Assembly: GCA_013265495.1 (NCBI GenBank)
Contig: MU057989.1
Location: forward strand, 1,443,513-1,507,512
Direction: 5' to 3'
Source of the DNA: Vicugna vicugna
Lineage: Eukaryota
Length of the DNA: 64,000 bases
Below the pieces are notes generated by a model that had not been told where the DNA came from, did not search any database, and saw only the letters and a program-made list of their open reading frames with translations. Positions 63,768 to 64,000 of the stretch are shown here, in pieces. Each line of letters begins with the position of its first letter. The first letter of the stretch is position 1. Made by a program: the position numbers and the translations under genes.

Positions 63768-63867
63768 CACCCTGCGGTCCCCATCGTCCCCCATCCAGGA
63801 AGAGGACAACGCGGAGGCTCCGCCCCCGCCGAGTGGGGCCGGGCTGGCGCTGAGCAGCTCCCCCGAG
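63768..63867 (+). CDS. MGRN1: MGRN1 exon 14 (gene continues beyond the window)
   Basis: cccag|C...GAG|gtgaga, 100 nt; TLRSPSSPIQEEDNAEAPPPPSGAGLALSSSPE. Confidence 0.92.
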
Positions 63868-64000
63868 GTGAGACCCCCACCCGCGCTCCTCCGTCCTGCG
63901 CTTGTTTCTTCTGTCCCCACTGCCCGCCCGCTGTCCTCCGGACCCCGGGCCCCGCCCCACCACTCCCTCACGAGCCTGCACCGGCTGCTGTGACTTCTGC

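Overview
Mammalian genomic DNA, most likely a camelid: it holds three copies of a tRNA-derived SINE resembling camelid Vic-1. The gene order matches human 16p13.3. The window contains the last six coding exons of C16orf96 (+), the complete three-exon UBALD1 CDS (-, 178 aa), and coding exons 1-14 of the RING E3 ligase MGRN1/mahogunin (+), which continues past the window end. Two CpG-island promoters, a third motif-dense CpG island between them, and ordinary L1/L2/MIR/MaLR/hAT repeats fill the rest. I see no novel multi-gene system. The best leads are regulatory: (1) an in-frame 18-nt candidate neural microexon (AGVESQ) in MGRN1 intron 12 with a consensus branch point, an SRRM4-type UGC and a downstream RBFOX site; (2) an AT in place of the GT donor on the penultimate C16orf96 exon; (3) a dense SPH/OCT/CRE/CArG/FOX/CCAAT/ETS cluster that may be an upstream MGRN1 promoter; (4) tiny uORFs about 50 nt upstream of both the UBALD1 and MGRN1 start codons. 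Gene and repeat names come from recalled sequences, not from database searches, and repeat boundaries are approximate.
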